This document shows, piece by piece, positions 50,633-62,046 of a stretch of 64,000 bases of DNA (positions are counted from its first letter, which is position 1; every line of letters starts with the position of its first letter). The DNA comes from Neoechinorhynchus agilis (taxonomy: Eukaryota > Animalia > Acanthocephala). The notes below the pieces were generated by a model, which worked only from the letters and a program-made list of their open reading frames with translations, did not search any database and was not told the origin of the DNA. The translations under genes were made by a program, and so were the position numbers. The DNA is taken from the NCBI GenBank assembly GCA_051530055.1, contig CM121343.1, positions 5,674,389 to 5,738,388 on the forward strand, read 5' to 3'.

Positions 50633-51898
50633 TATTTAAAAATAATTGTATAAAATCGAAATAACTACGGCGCCATAGAAGCTTTCTGCGATATCGAGAA
50701 CATTAACATAATTCGATTACTTAAATATACAAAATAAGACGACCATAACGAGCGCCCTTTTAAACAGACAAATTTCTTTATGTTTACCATGTAAAAGAGC
50801 CATGAAAATTTTAAATTTGGCCTAGAGAAATTGCGAAGGTATATCATGCACGTTTATTAGAATTAAGCGATATCTCCCATCGTGACAAACTCTTTCGAGA
50901 ACATAAAATGGCTATCAGCAACAAAACATTTCCCCTTTAGACGAATTTGGTCGATTTTTTGGCGTAATCTCGGCTATTCTGCAAAACCAAACCCGGAATG
51001 CTAAGAGAATTCTATTCCTTAAAAAGACAAAAAGGACCTCAAGGTGCATTCTATTGAATAACGAGCGCCTTTATCGTCTTTGTGACGAGAGCGATTCTGA
51101 GAGTCGAAATGCTCCAAATGGACTTGAAGCTATAATGGTCAATCTGCAATTTAAATTGCTTATTCAGCTTATTTTTTCGTTTAATTTCACATATTTTTCA
51201 TTATTTTATCATAATACCCGAAATCCAAAGTCAAAGAGTATTAAAAGATGAAAAGATTTACCTTTTGTGAATAAAAGCATTTCCACAGAGACGGCAAGTT
51301 ATGCCCTTTCGGCCACTAAGATTGGGAAAGATACAAAATGCAACTGATGTTCAGAAGTGCTAAGGGAATCGAATTTGCAAAATTCTCTGATTTTACGCGG
51401 CTTTGGTTAATTTTCTGAGACCACATGCAAGGCGCATAAAGATCCTAAATCGAGCAAACTGTTTCTGTGATGGTATATGGGTCGTCCCACGGTACAGGTC
51501 GACGAAATTTTTTTGGTAAAATCGCTCATCTTCGACAGCACGGTTACGATTTGGCAAATTGCACAAAGCTAAAAATAATGAGCGATCAATTACCATATTA
51601 AACTGTCTGAATTTCCGGAATATTGTTAAGTGAACGTGGCATCTTTTGAGGTGCGTGCCATGCATTTAACTCGACCACACAAAGTCAATACGGCACAATA
51701 GTCTACGCCTTACGTTTCAAAAACTTTAAGGATCATTCGGAACTTCTTGTAAATTGATGTTATCAAAAATAAACCCGCCATTAAGAGCCGCCGTTAAAGA
51801 GGTTCATGATAAACACTTTCTCTGTGAAAATGACTCTGCAAATGGCTCACAAAATGTAATCGCGGATTTTGAGTTTTAATCGCATGTTTGAGGTCTTT

Positions 51899-52579
51899 TC
51901 AAACGTTTGAAATAAAATCGTCTTGAGTTTGGCGGGTTCGTTGATTCCGTTTGCGTTTATCTTTAAACTTCTTAGAAGATTTGCTTTTAGATTGTACTAC
52001 CGCCTCCTCTTCTTCTTCGAGCTCATCGTCTTCCTCTTCATCGGGTGACGAATACTTCATGTTTTGATTCGTGATGGTCGTTGGAAAATCCCCTTCGACG
52101 GCGTCTTCATTACTACCTGAATCCGAAGCATCGTCGTCGTTATCCTCACTTGATACGGCGGCGCCTTCGGCATCGTCATCAAAAATGACGTCATCAGTAG
52201 TATGCTTCTCGATTCCAGTAGCAGCAACGTCAGCAATGCTGATGTGAGCGGGAATGTGGCCCAAATTTTTCAATTGACGGGCCTCTTCTGGTAAATATCT
52301 CAATATAACGTCCGCTTTGTTGTCTTGAAAGTCTCTAAGGCCCAATAAGACAAGATCGCCCACGTTAATCCATACTTTTTTTCGTAGTTTCCCGCGGATA
52401 TGGCAGAGTCGTTGTTGTCCATCGATGCACATCGCTTCCAACCGTCCATTACCGAGCATCCGCCGAACTTGGGCATATTCCTGCCCACCTTCCTTCAGGA
52501 TTAATTCCCGTTTAGCACTGTCGGTTTCGTTCTTACCGCGACGGCGGTTCTTCCCCCCCTTACCCTTGTTTTTGGCCAT
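51899..52579 (-). CDS. EIF1A: Translation initiation factor eIF1A with an extended acidic/basic tail
   Basis: [61 protein letters not shown]. Confidence 0.97.
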   Translation of the reverse strand: MAKNKGKGGKNRRRGKNETDSAKRELILKEGGQEYAQVRRMLGNGRLEAMCIDGQQRLCHIRGKLRKKVWINVGDLVLLGLRDFQDNKADVILRYLPEEARQLKNLGHIPAHISIADVAATGIEKHTTDDVIFDDDAEGAAVSSEDNDDDASDSGSNEDAVEGDFPTTITNQNMKYSSPDEEEDDELEEEEEAVVQSKSKSSKKFKDKRKRNQRTRQTQDDFISNV

Positions 52580-52904
52580 CGATAATCTGAAACGCGAATA
52601 GCAACCTGTTCAAGCGCATCAAAAGCGTCTTCAGACTCTTGTACGACCAGCAGTAAGGAAACGTTGTTGTGAAATTGCCACATTCAGGAAGGCCCATCGC
52701 AGTTTCTTTCGTGCTTCCTACGAACTGTGAGCAACGCTGCTGTTCATCATGGAAAAAAAGGATTTGATTGGTTATTTAGGCGTTATTTGACCGAGTTCAA
52801 TCTGGATTCGTTCAAATGCCCAATTAAACGAGGTGTAATTAATTCGGGCGTCACAAACTCAACCATAATCAATAGCGTTCAAAATATAGAGAGCTCCTAA
52901 GGAA

Positions 52905-53075
52905 TTACCATTTCGTCCCTTTTGCCGTGGAAACGTGTGGAGTCTTGGGACCATCAGCGCTCACTCTCCCGAAGGACGAAAAGGATGACGGGGGAACTGC
53001 GTTCGAGAAATTTCCTCGCTCAACGAATCGCGGTACAGCGAGGGAACGCTGCCACTATACTCGCAACGTCGGGAT
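52905..53075 (+). mobile_element. CRE-like RLE 3' fragment (third variant)
   Basis: HFVPFAVETCGVLGPSAL...FLAQRIAVQRGNAATILAT. Confidence 0.7.
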
Positions 53076-53605
53076 GTTCACAGGAATGAAAAACGAAATA
53101 GTAAAATAAACGATTTAGAAAACTAAAAAAATATTCCAAATCAACCAATGCCAAAGATACTACCACATTTATCCTCTCAGCATTCGAGTGTTCATGCGGA
53201 CCCAAACTGGCACATGGATACTCCTCGTTGTGACTTTCTTGTAAACGTAATATTATTTACAGATCTCAAATGAGGTCGAGTGGACATTTAAGCCTATCAT
53301 AAGAGAGGAAGTGCAAAACCTGAGTTAAATCAAAAAGAAAAATCACGAATTTTCTAATCTATATCACTGAGTTCTGTCCAAATCAAAATGGAAATCTAGC
53401 AGCAATGTTTGCGTGTGCCTTAAAAATGTATTAATAAGCGCGTGTTCGCATTAATACGACGCTGTTTATTTTACCTTTAGCATCGGTGGACTTTCTACAT
53501 TCATGCCAGCAAATCTCCGAAAATCAGTGGAATTCAAGCGCACTGCGTATTGAAAGATCAAATAAATGTATTCAATCAATCTTCATTTCTCGACAATTAA
53601 CACAC

Positions 53606-54005
53606 TCACCACCTCCCGCCGAATTCCAGCTTTTGTCCTTCCTCGACCGTCGCCATCACGCTGGCAGCATTGCCCCGTTGTACTGTTAGCGAGATATTTT
53701 GTCGAAGGAATACGCCTGTCTTGAGTCTCCGGTTGCCTCTCTCAATTTCTTCGAGAGATCCTGGAGCAGAGAGAGTGCCGAGCTGCCGAGCGCTCCATAC
53801 GTCTCTACCCCAAAGGGGACAAAATAGTGAGCCCTCGATAATTGAATATATTTCCGTATTTTCCTCCCTTCCGCTGCACTGGCGGCACAACCGGCGATTT
53901 CGAGGGAGCAGGGGATGTTGCTGGCTGCGAGGGTATCCACACACGTGGCGTCCCAGAGAAGGCATTTGTCCTCCCGCCACGGGAAGAGTCGAGTTCAATC
54001 AGCAT
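53606..54005 (-). mobile_element. Longest CRE-like fragment: most of the restriction-like endonuclease domain
   Basis: PWREDKCLLWDATCVDTLAAS...AAEGRKIRKY..L..YFVPFGVETYG...FLRQNISLTVQRGNAASV (one frameshift). Confidence 0.8.
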
Positions 54006-54844
54006 TCAGTCGTGTGTATATTCCGACTTCATTTTCAATTGCTCCCGATCTAGCGAAATTTAAACTCCCCTTAAAAGCTGGCCAACAAAACGAAAACAAG
54101 CATGCTGCCTCGATCAAAAAGCGACAAATCAATGTTTATTATCTTGGATCATTTCGCTAGCACAGTTTTTCTCACAGGTTTGTTCACATGAACATGTCCT
54201 TAGGTTCAAACGCTCCATCCTTAATGCTTTAAAAAACGCGGAGTTACATCGTAATCGATTTGGAAAGACCGAAGTGCAATCGCGAGCTTTAAAATAGGCA
54301 ATGCAAAGTCATGAAAATCATAACTAAAGAAACCTCCGACTTTATGCCAAATCGTTCCTGTACAAATAAGTTGTTATTTTTCAAGTGCCGATGAGTACCG
54401 GCCGGGAATTTTGATTCTACGGACCTAATTGAGCACAAACGATTAACGCCACTACGTAAGAGAATGTGACACCTTTATTCGTCACATTATCCCTTGCGAA
54501 GCTGCGCTGACGGTTCACGCCATGATGCCCTCTGAACAACCGTCGTTCATGAACGTAAGCAAAGCGCATTTCGAAGATGGGTTATATAACGGGCCAATAG
54601 AGACGCAAATGTGTCATTACTCAAAACGCCCTTCACCACGAAACAACAATCGGTGTATCCTCCCCATGTATATTTATGCATTTACAACCGACGCGATCTG
54701 TCAATGAATACAAAGACGTGATGTCTATGCCATCATTATATATTCTCGAAGACGATGCAAAATTTTTTGGACAGTTGCGCAAGGTATGATTTGTGGTAGG
54801 GAAAATTGCAACCCACGTATTGCGAATATAAAACATGGTCGTGG

Positions 54845-55850
54845 TCGAAATAAACTAGACGCGCACTACTTCGAGGACTAACGGTAAAGTTTTAAAGAAG
54901 TTGATAGCATTCACGAACCGCGATAAATGCGGCGGAAAGAAGAACATATTTGGAATCAGCGGATTGAAATGGACTAGATGCGCACTACTTCGAGGACCAA
55001 CGGGCAAATTGAAGCGAAGTTCATAGATCGCATGAACCGTGATAGCTGCGGGGAAAAGAAGACAATATTAGGAATCAGCGGATCGAAGTGGGCTAGACGG
55101 ACACTACGTCGAGGACCAACGGTCAAGTTTAAGCGAAGTTCTTAGAACTCATGAACCGTGATAGCTGCGGGCAAAAGAAGACCATATTTGGAATCAGCAG
55201 GTGGAAATGGACTGGACGGAAACTACTTTGAAGTCCCACGGTAAAGTTTTAAAGAAGTTTACATAAATCACGAACTGTTGTAGCAACGACCAAAAGAAGA
55301 ACATATTTGGAATCGGCGGGTCGAAATGGACTGGACGGAAACTACTTTGAAGTCCCACGGTAAAGTTTTAAAGACGTTGATAGGATTCACACACCGTGAT
55401 AACTGCTGTGGAAAGAAGAACATATTTGGAATCAGCGGATCGAAATGGACTAAAAGGACACTACTTCGAGGACAAACGGTCAAGTTTAAGCGAAGTTGAT
55501 AGGATTCACGAACCGTGATAGCCACGGTGAAACGAAGAATATATTTGGAATCAGCGGATCGAAACGGACTAGACGGAAACTACTTTGAAGTCTCACGGTA
55601 AAGTTTTAAAGAAGTTGATAGCATTCACGAACCATGATAGCTACGGCGAAAAAAGATATTTGGGATCAGCGGGTGGAAATGGACTAGACGGACACTACTT
55701 CGAGGTTCCACGGTCAAGTTTAAGCGAAGTTGATAGGATTCACGAACCGTGATAACTGCGGCGAAAAGAAGAACATATTTACAATCAGCCGGCGGAAACG
55801 AACTAGACGGACACTGTTTAAAGTTAATATAATTCACGAACTGTATTATT
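54845..55850. repeat. Tandem array of ~8.5 units of ~119 bp with two interleaved sequence variants
   Basis: ctagac/ctggac-type anchors at 54855, 54974, 55093, 55212, 55331, 55450, 55569, 55684, 55803. Confidence 0.93.
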
Positions 55851-55891
55851 TTCACAAATACACGCAAGCACTCTAGCCGATAAAATGCCTC

Positions 55892-58800
55892 CTAACCTGT
55901 TTGGGAGGCGGTGATAATATCCGGATCGCCGTAATTGTGCTCCAATCGCACTCGGGCCTTTCGTTCTTCTTCCAAATCCCTTTTCAGATTTTTTAATGCA
56001 GCACGGAATTGAGTCATTTGTTGGTTTAATCTTCGGATTGCGAGATGAAGATCATGGCTCCTACCTACTCCACTCGAAAACGAGGGTGAAGATGAAACAA
56101 ACGACTTCTTTTTCGCCGCATTTTGCTGCTGCTGTGTCATCATAAATCCAAGAATAGTTTCCGTTTCGGCAGCATCTATCGATTCCTGAAACCGCTCGTA
56201 GCCAACGTTGTAGTAAGATTCGATCAAGGACAAAATCATCGCATCAGACTCGCAATTTTGCAATCTTTTCGAAACTTCGTCCATGACCGAATTGGAGGCG
56301 ATGATGTCCGGAGCAACGCACCCCCTTTGTCCAGTCTTAGGTTTCTTGGAAATTATATTGCGACGGAAGTGTGATGGCGTCCACGCAAGTTGGGTGGGCT
56401 TGTGAAGCGGAGCGCACGTTCTGAAAGGTCGGATACCTCTGTTTTTTGAAATGGGGAGACTTGATTGCTCAATGGGCGGTTCTGGCTGATGCGTGTATCG
56501 AGCTAAGAGTGATTTCCAATTCATATAATCGACACTGGAAGAGAAAGTTAAGAAAAATCTTTTTAGAACCGTTCCTGATCGGCAAAATGTTTGAAGAATC
56601 GCTTTAAAGTTCAAAAAAACTACCTGATAGCTCAATAAGCCTATTATGGTCCTGGGAATCGGTTACGACCATTTTAGATAATGGATGTTCGCTCTCAAAT
56701 TTATAACGATTTTGAGGACAGTCGTAAGAAAAGCAAACGAGCACGTAAGGATAAAGCAGCGTAATTCGTTCAACCATAGATTGCTGAGAATGCTTTCGCT
56801 CCTCGTTTCCAGCAGTAGTATAAGACTCCCATAAGACATTGGCAACAGCAAGTGGACAACCAGATCCTTTTTGTTGCTTAATACAAGTAGGAATCAATGC
56901 AGCAAAGTGAAAAAGGCTCAGCAATATCCTTTTTTCTTTAAAATAATAGTTCACCTTGGTTTTCACAAAGACTACTTAATTTTTAAGACAGTAGATCAGC
57001 AAGCGAAATCATCGAGAGAGAAAAAATTTTCGATGTGAATGTGGCGATCATAATTCTCCAGATAAAAATACCTCCATCAAGTAAAATAATCAGTCGTGTA
57101 AGGGATAATCACTTCAAATACACTTAAAATGTAACAGGCTAGCTATTCAAAAAATCAAACAATTCAATAAAATATGCGCTTTATTCGGGGTGGATATTAA
57201 GCGAAATATAGTCAAATCTGGTCATTACGACTAAAACGATCGCGTCCCGATGTGATCCGACTAACCAAAATCGACAAAGTGTATAGTGCATTAAAGTACA
57301 AAGAACCTTAGTTGATTGTGGACAACACGATCAAGTTTCATTGGCAATTATACTGCAATCCGGAATGTTGGAACAAATACTGTAAATACCAGGCGCTATC
57401 TAATACAAGTGCCCAATTTATGTGCACCTATAATTTATAGAGTATTTAAGATGATATCAGAAACATTTTGATGGAGAAGCAAAAGGAGAGTTCACTTAAA
57501 ACTTCACCATAATTACCTCTCGGTCCCAGCCAGCAACTGGGGCAGACAGTACTTCTATCTCCAGTTCCTTTCGCCTTCTAGTGTCTTCAATGTGTGGCTG
57601 GTAATCAGAGCGGATAAATGCCAATTCTTAGGTTCTCAAGGTTAACTCACCGACATATCTTTGTAGTATTGAATTGCCCTTTGTATATCGCCTCGATCGG
57701 GATGATGCTCCTGTTACTGCGAAATGCGTTTATAGACTGACAGTTCATGAGGTACCTCGTAGGTTCTTTCTAGATCTCGGAGTAACAGTGGGTATTTCGC
57801 GATGGCACGAAAAGGACTCGATAAATGTCGATTGACGCAAATAATGAACTGAGCGGCGAATCGCGTACTGTTTTTAGATGGCGATTGCAGTTGGGCGATA
57901 GGAAAAGTCTCGCTTCCCTCTCCTCCTTGATACTTGGTCATCAGGGCGTATATCTCTTTGCTGCGACAAAAATGGGTAATTGTGTAAAAAGACCACCATT
58001 GATACCTTTTTATGTTCATCAGTCGTATCAAGCACGGATGAACGGACGCGTATTGCTCGAGACATGATTGTATTCGTGGAGCCGCTTGCAAAAATAATGC
58101 TCCCGCGTGGCCGGTTGAATAAGATTGTTGGTGGTTTCTGGTCGTCAAAACCACGAGTGAGTTTGCGATGGCAGATTTGATGTGACAGTGTTCATCTAGG
58201 ATGGACTTTACGGACGTGAGGAGGGCGACATCGTCTTCGTCGAGTCTTGAAAAGAGAGTTAGTTTCGAAATCGTGAAAACGAGACTAACATTGACGGTGA
58301 TTGTTGAATCAGAGGCTTCAAGAAAGTGTTGAGAAACGAATTAACCTCATTACAGTGCCCATGAATGAATTTGATTAGAACCACAGTTGACTGAATGAGA
58401 AGGAATATGATACTTGAGAAGGTGTGTACTGTGTCCCTTCAAACCTGATTTCGCTCGTCCTGTTGTTGATCGCGATTAGAAGGAGGAGGAGCCCATTGCT
58501 GCACCACGGATGCTTGGGAATTGTCGGAATCTAGACAAGGGTGTTTTTAGAAATCGTCTTAAGAAACCAAGTTGGTTTTATGTACATTCACAGAGCACGA
58601 ATACCCGTTTCTGTGACGACGTAAAACTCTGTTTTAAATGGTTCAACCACAAGCTCTTCGACGCACCTTCTCCCGTTCTATGGGCGAGAGAAGAACAACA
58701 TCGGCAGCTCTCAAGGCAACACCTCATACCAATGGCGTTCCACAACCAACACTACTGTCGATGCTTATTACCCTTAGTGTAAGAAGCACTTCGCCTTCAT

Positions 58801-59301
58801 GGTGGCACTTGTCAAGCAGTTTTTATGGCGGAAGTGGGAGGATGACAAGGGATATAGCTGTACAGTGCGGTTCTATTGCAGAATAGCACACTGGCAACGG
58901 TGACTGATGCGCCTTTGATCGGAGGAGGAGGAAGCGGAGGAGAAGGAAAACGTTGCGCACGAAAGAGCGCTGAGAGCTAAATGTCAGTCACTAATGTGCC
59001 CCACAATCGCGGACATCAAGGATACGTGCCTGAAACCAAAGTTACGTAATTGCTAGGAAACCATCCGGTCAATCCATTCAGAGTGCCTTCCCACCATCCG
59101 CCATCGGGCGTACGTGTTGGCGTCAAAACGTCGCCCACTTTCAGGTTCAACTGAACAACTCACTGCGTTAAATCACTTCAAATAAAGCGTCACAGCTACC
59201 TCGTCATTATGCGTCGCTCTGTAGTTATAAAGAACTCGCACTTGCCGACTCCTGCTCAATTCGATTAAGAGTGATGCGTCATTACTTTCACCTTCTTCCA
59301 T
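55892..59301 (-). CDS. ARHGEF7: SH3-DH-PH RhoGEF with C-terminal coiled coil (beta-PIX/ARHGEF6/7-like); linker and PH exons not fully resolved
   Basis: SH3 (GGWWEGTLNG.TGWFPSNYV), DH (LSSPFRAIAKYPLLLRDLER, HPDRGDIQ, RRRKELE), tail LKRDLEEERKARVRLE. Confidence 0.85.
57842..57900 (-). other. Candidate degenerate TA-bounded insert (57 nt + one TA), in frame, in the RhoGEF DH domain
   Basis: Extra ~19 aa before LSSPF; partial arms gcaatcgc/gcgattcgc and aactg/cagtt; no in-phase GT-AG pair found. Confidence 0.4.
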
Positions 59302-60015
59302 ATCTCAGTTCATTAACGCTATAAATCTGAAAGAAATCAATAATCCTTCTCCATTTCCACAATGTCGCTTCAAAAAGTGGACAAGTATTGTTAATGATTT
59401 CCCGGTGCTCATTTGGATTCTAAATGCATTTGTGACTCAAACGGGAAAATTGAACGTAACTGTTAAGAACGAACGGTACGCGTTAAATAGAACAAAATTA
59501 ATAGCGAATGCATGACGAAACTAGGTCGGAATCAACGTGAAGACGTTTCACGCCGATGAAATTCTTAGAATCTTGCCCGAATGCAGTGAAAGTGCCGCGA
59601 TCTAAAGTCGGTTGATATCCAACTGTGATTCTTTCGTTGTTAGGAGAAATTTTCCGATAACATTGCGCGCTAAGAATATGTTTTCTTCGTCAGCAATCGA
59701 TCGCCTGATTTTCTGTAATGATCAGTATGTTTTAGGGGATATTGCCGCGATTCCAATGATTGATCAATTTTAGGATAAAAATTGTCGTTTCGTTGTGATC
59801 CTAATTATTGGAAAATACGGAGAATTAAGCACTTTTACACCACTAAGCGTTCAACAAATCCAATTATGTTGCCAATTTTTCACGATCAACTCTTAGATTA
59901 AGGAATGGAGGAGATCATTGTAGTGATTGGGATAAACGTATCTCTCAAAAAAATTTAGGTTTCAAATGCCCCTTTCAACAAATTTATCCATTGGTCTTCT
60001 TGAGTATTTCATCAC

Positions 60016-61834
60016 TCAGCATGCACTTTCCTTCGTATTCTTGACGGCTTCTTCATTGAATTCCACCGCCCAGACCTTAAACGGTCGATTGAACGATGGG
60101 GAGGTTACACGGATATGAAATTTACTTTGAGTGATCTATCAGAAGCAACTGTTAAAATGCGGCGGCTCTTCAGATCAAATCCTATAATGGAAATGGGATG
60201 TCCAGCATCGCAAAAGGAAGCTTGACTGATTTTGCTGGAGTATTTGTATAATTCGAGAACAGTACTGAAGTAGACATACCATTCTGGACGGATGGTGCCG
60301 CAGCACCCCTGACAGAGCCTAATTGGAACTTCGTATCCGTATATGGGCAGAACTGATCGATGAGGTGAGCAGGAATCACATGCGACATCGCTTCTCAGAT
60401 ACGAAGACTATTTTGAGAATCGATGACATAAAGCTTTGCCGCACTTTCTGCAGTGATGCTGATTCCGGTCTTTTAGAAAATATCTTAAAATACACTAAAT
60501 ACCTGACGAACGCCCATGGTTTTTTTCTCCCACATATCCTTGAGACACCAAATGAACGGCTTTCCACATATCTCACAATTGTCCGATCTCGACCACTCGG
60601 CAACCTAGCGAAGAAAATGATGAAACATTAAGAAGGAGCAGTAAAAGGGCTCATTTGGACGGTATCGAAACTTTGAAAACCTAGAAAAACATCCAAAGGG
60701 GAGCTTTTTTTAAATGAACAGGGCTATTTCCGTTGAATTTCCCGAACGAAGTAATTATGTAGTCAAACGGGGGGGGCGGGAAGATGGTTCAAAATGAAAC
60801 CTGCATTCGATTCACGTTTTTGGAGATGTTCCAAAATGCAACAACTCCATTTTCATAAGCAGCAATGAGGTGAGAAAAGCCGGTTTCACTGTCGATCTTC
60901 ATAAGTGACAGTCCAGTTGCGACGTTCACATCGTCCGGCTGTCCATGTAGTTCAAATCGTTCGCCTCGTTTGTTACCGATGTCCCATACGATGATTACAT
61001 CACACGATGCCGAAAAGAGTCTTTCCGTTTCTGCATCCCAACAGAGGCACTTTACTGATCCTAGAGAAGAACTTTTTTAGGCAGAATGTGAGTACAGGAG
61101 TAGCAAACCCGAATGACCGACTAGACAAGTAGCTGCCGTCGTTTCGTCTTCTTCCCTTCGATAGGAATTCAAGAATTGAATATGTCCACATTGTTCGCCA
61201 ATGAACACACATCCACTAACTTCGTCCACACTTTTTGTTTGTTTCATAGTTCAAAGCGGCAAGCAAAAATAGGAAAGTACTAACCAAATGCAGGTCGTTG
61301 GTGAGCTGAATGACAACGAAGAGATTAAGGCCCCATCCTGAGTAGAATGATAACACAGCAATTTGTCCTGCCCGGTACTCAAGAGCCAATGATGCTGGTG
61401 ACTGTTTGTGAGTGCACTGAGTGTCTTCGAGTGACCGATGCAATCGAAGACGTGACTAACGCTGTTCAGATCATCACTCAAAAGGTAACCCTAACGAGTT
61501 CAAACGTGAACACTCAAGAACGTGGACACAAACCATTATTAGGCCGTCTTCGAGACCTACGAAGATCTGTCTGCTGTGTTCAACGTACTCCAAACAGGAC
61601 GGTAGTACCGGAAGGTATTGACAGACACTCGGCCAAAATCGTCCGCTCTCGCGCTTCAGCCAAACACGTACTGATCTTAACAAAAACGAGATGAACGCTC
61701 AGTTTGACAAATGCTCATAAGTACCTGTCGCTCGATATTGTTATGAACCCATCGTCGTCCGAGATTAATGCCGCGCCCGTAACCTCCCGAGCGAAATCAC
61801 TGAGTCTGCACAGAAGGTTGAGTTTGATGGCCAT
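60016..61834 (-). CDS. WDFY2: WD-repeat and FYVE domain protein (WDFY1/2-like), multi-exon
   Basis: SDRSVRVWLKRESGRFWPSV, VFIGE, IVWDIG, FYVE EWSRSDNCEICGKPF.W..K.MW..RQHHCRKCGK, GYEVPIRLC. Confidence 0.92.
60381..60430 (-). other. Hairpin insert (48 nt; TA left, CA right) splitting the FYVE zinc finger
   Basis: Arms catcgattctca/tgagaagcgatg (11/12); in-frame TAG; removal gives HHCRKCGKALCDSCS. Confidence 0.8.
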
Positions 61835-62046
61835 TTGCCGATTCGCACTAGTTTGACAGCTCTCAAAACTACAGCTCATATGTTCCTCTTCCACGAGACG
61901 GCAGGAAGAATTTCCACAATCTGCTTGGAAACGTCGGGCAATCGCTTTCTGTCCTGTTTTCTTTTTCCTACCACTCCACTGAACGGTTTTGATCGTTCAA
62001 ATCTGGAAGGGCGGGTCCGCGAAATTTAGGTGACCCATCATCCGTT

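Noticed and set aside
50950-51665. Possible small spliced gene downstream of eIF1A (ERFYQKNFVDLYRG...; apparent CRLCG zinc finger)
   Set aside because: The C2H2-like reading could not be joined in phase and the product is unrecognised; too uncertain to call.
57980-58030. In-frame 15-aa insert RYQWWSFYTITHFCR in the RhoGEF DH ORF
   Set aside because: Explained by a normal ~45-nt GT-AG intron (gtatcaatg...gtcgcag).
58560-58990. Small hairpins in the RhoGEF SH3-DH linker as further inserts
   Set aside because: The reading frame of this variable linker could not be established and the hairpins lack paired TA ends.
61215-61290. In-frame stop in WDFY between TTCI and VDEVSG
   Set aside because: Removed by a canonical phase-2 GT-AG intron (gttagt...caaaaag).
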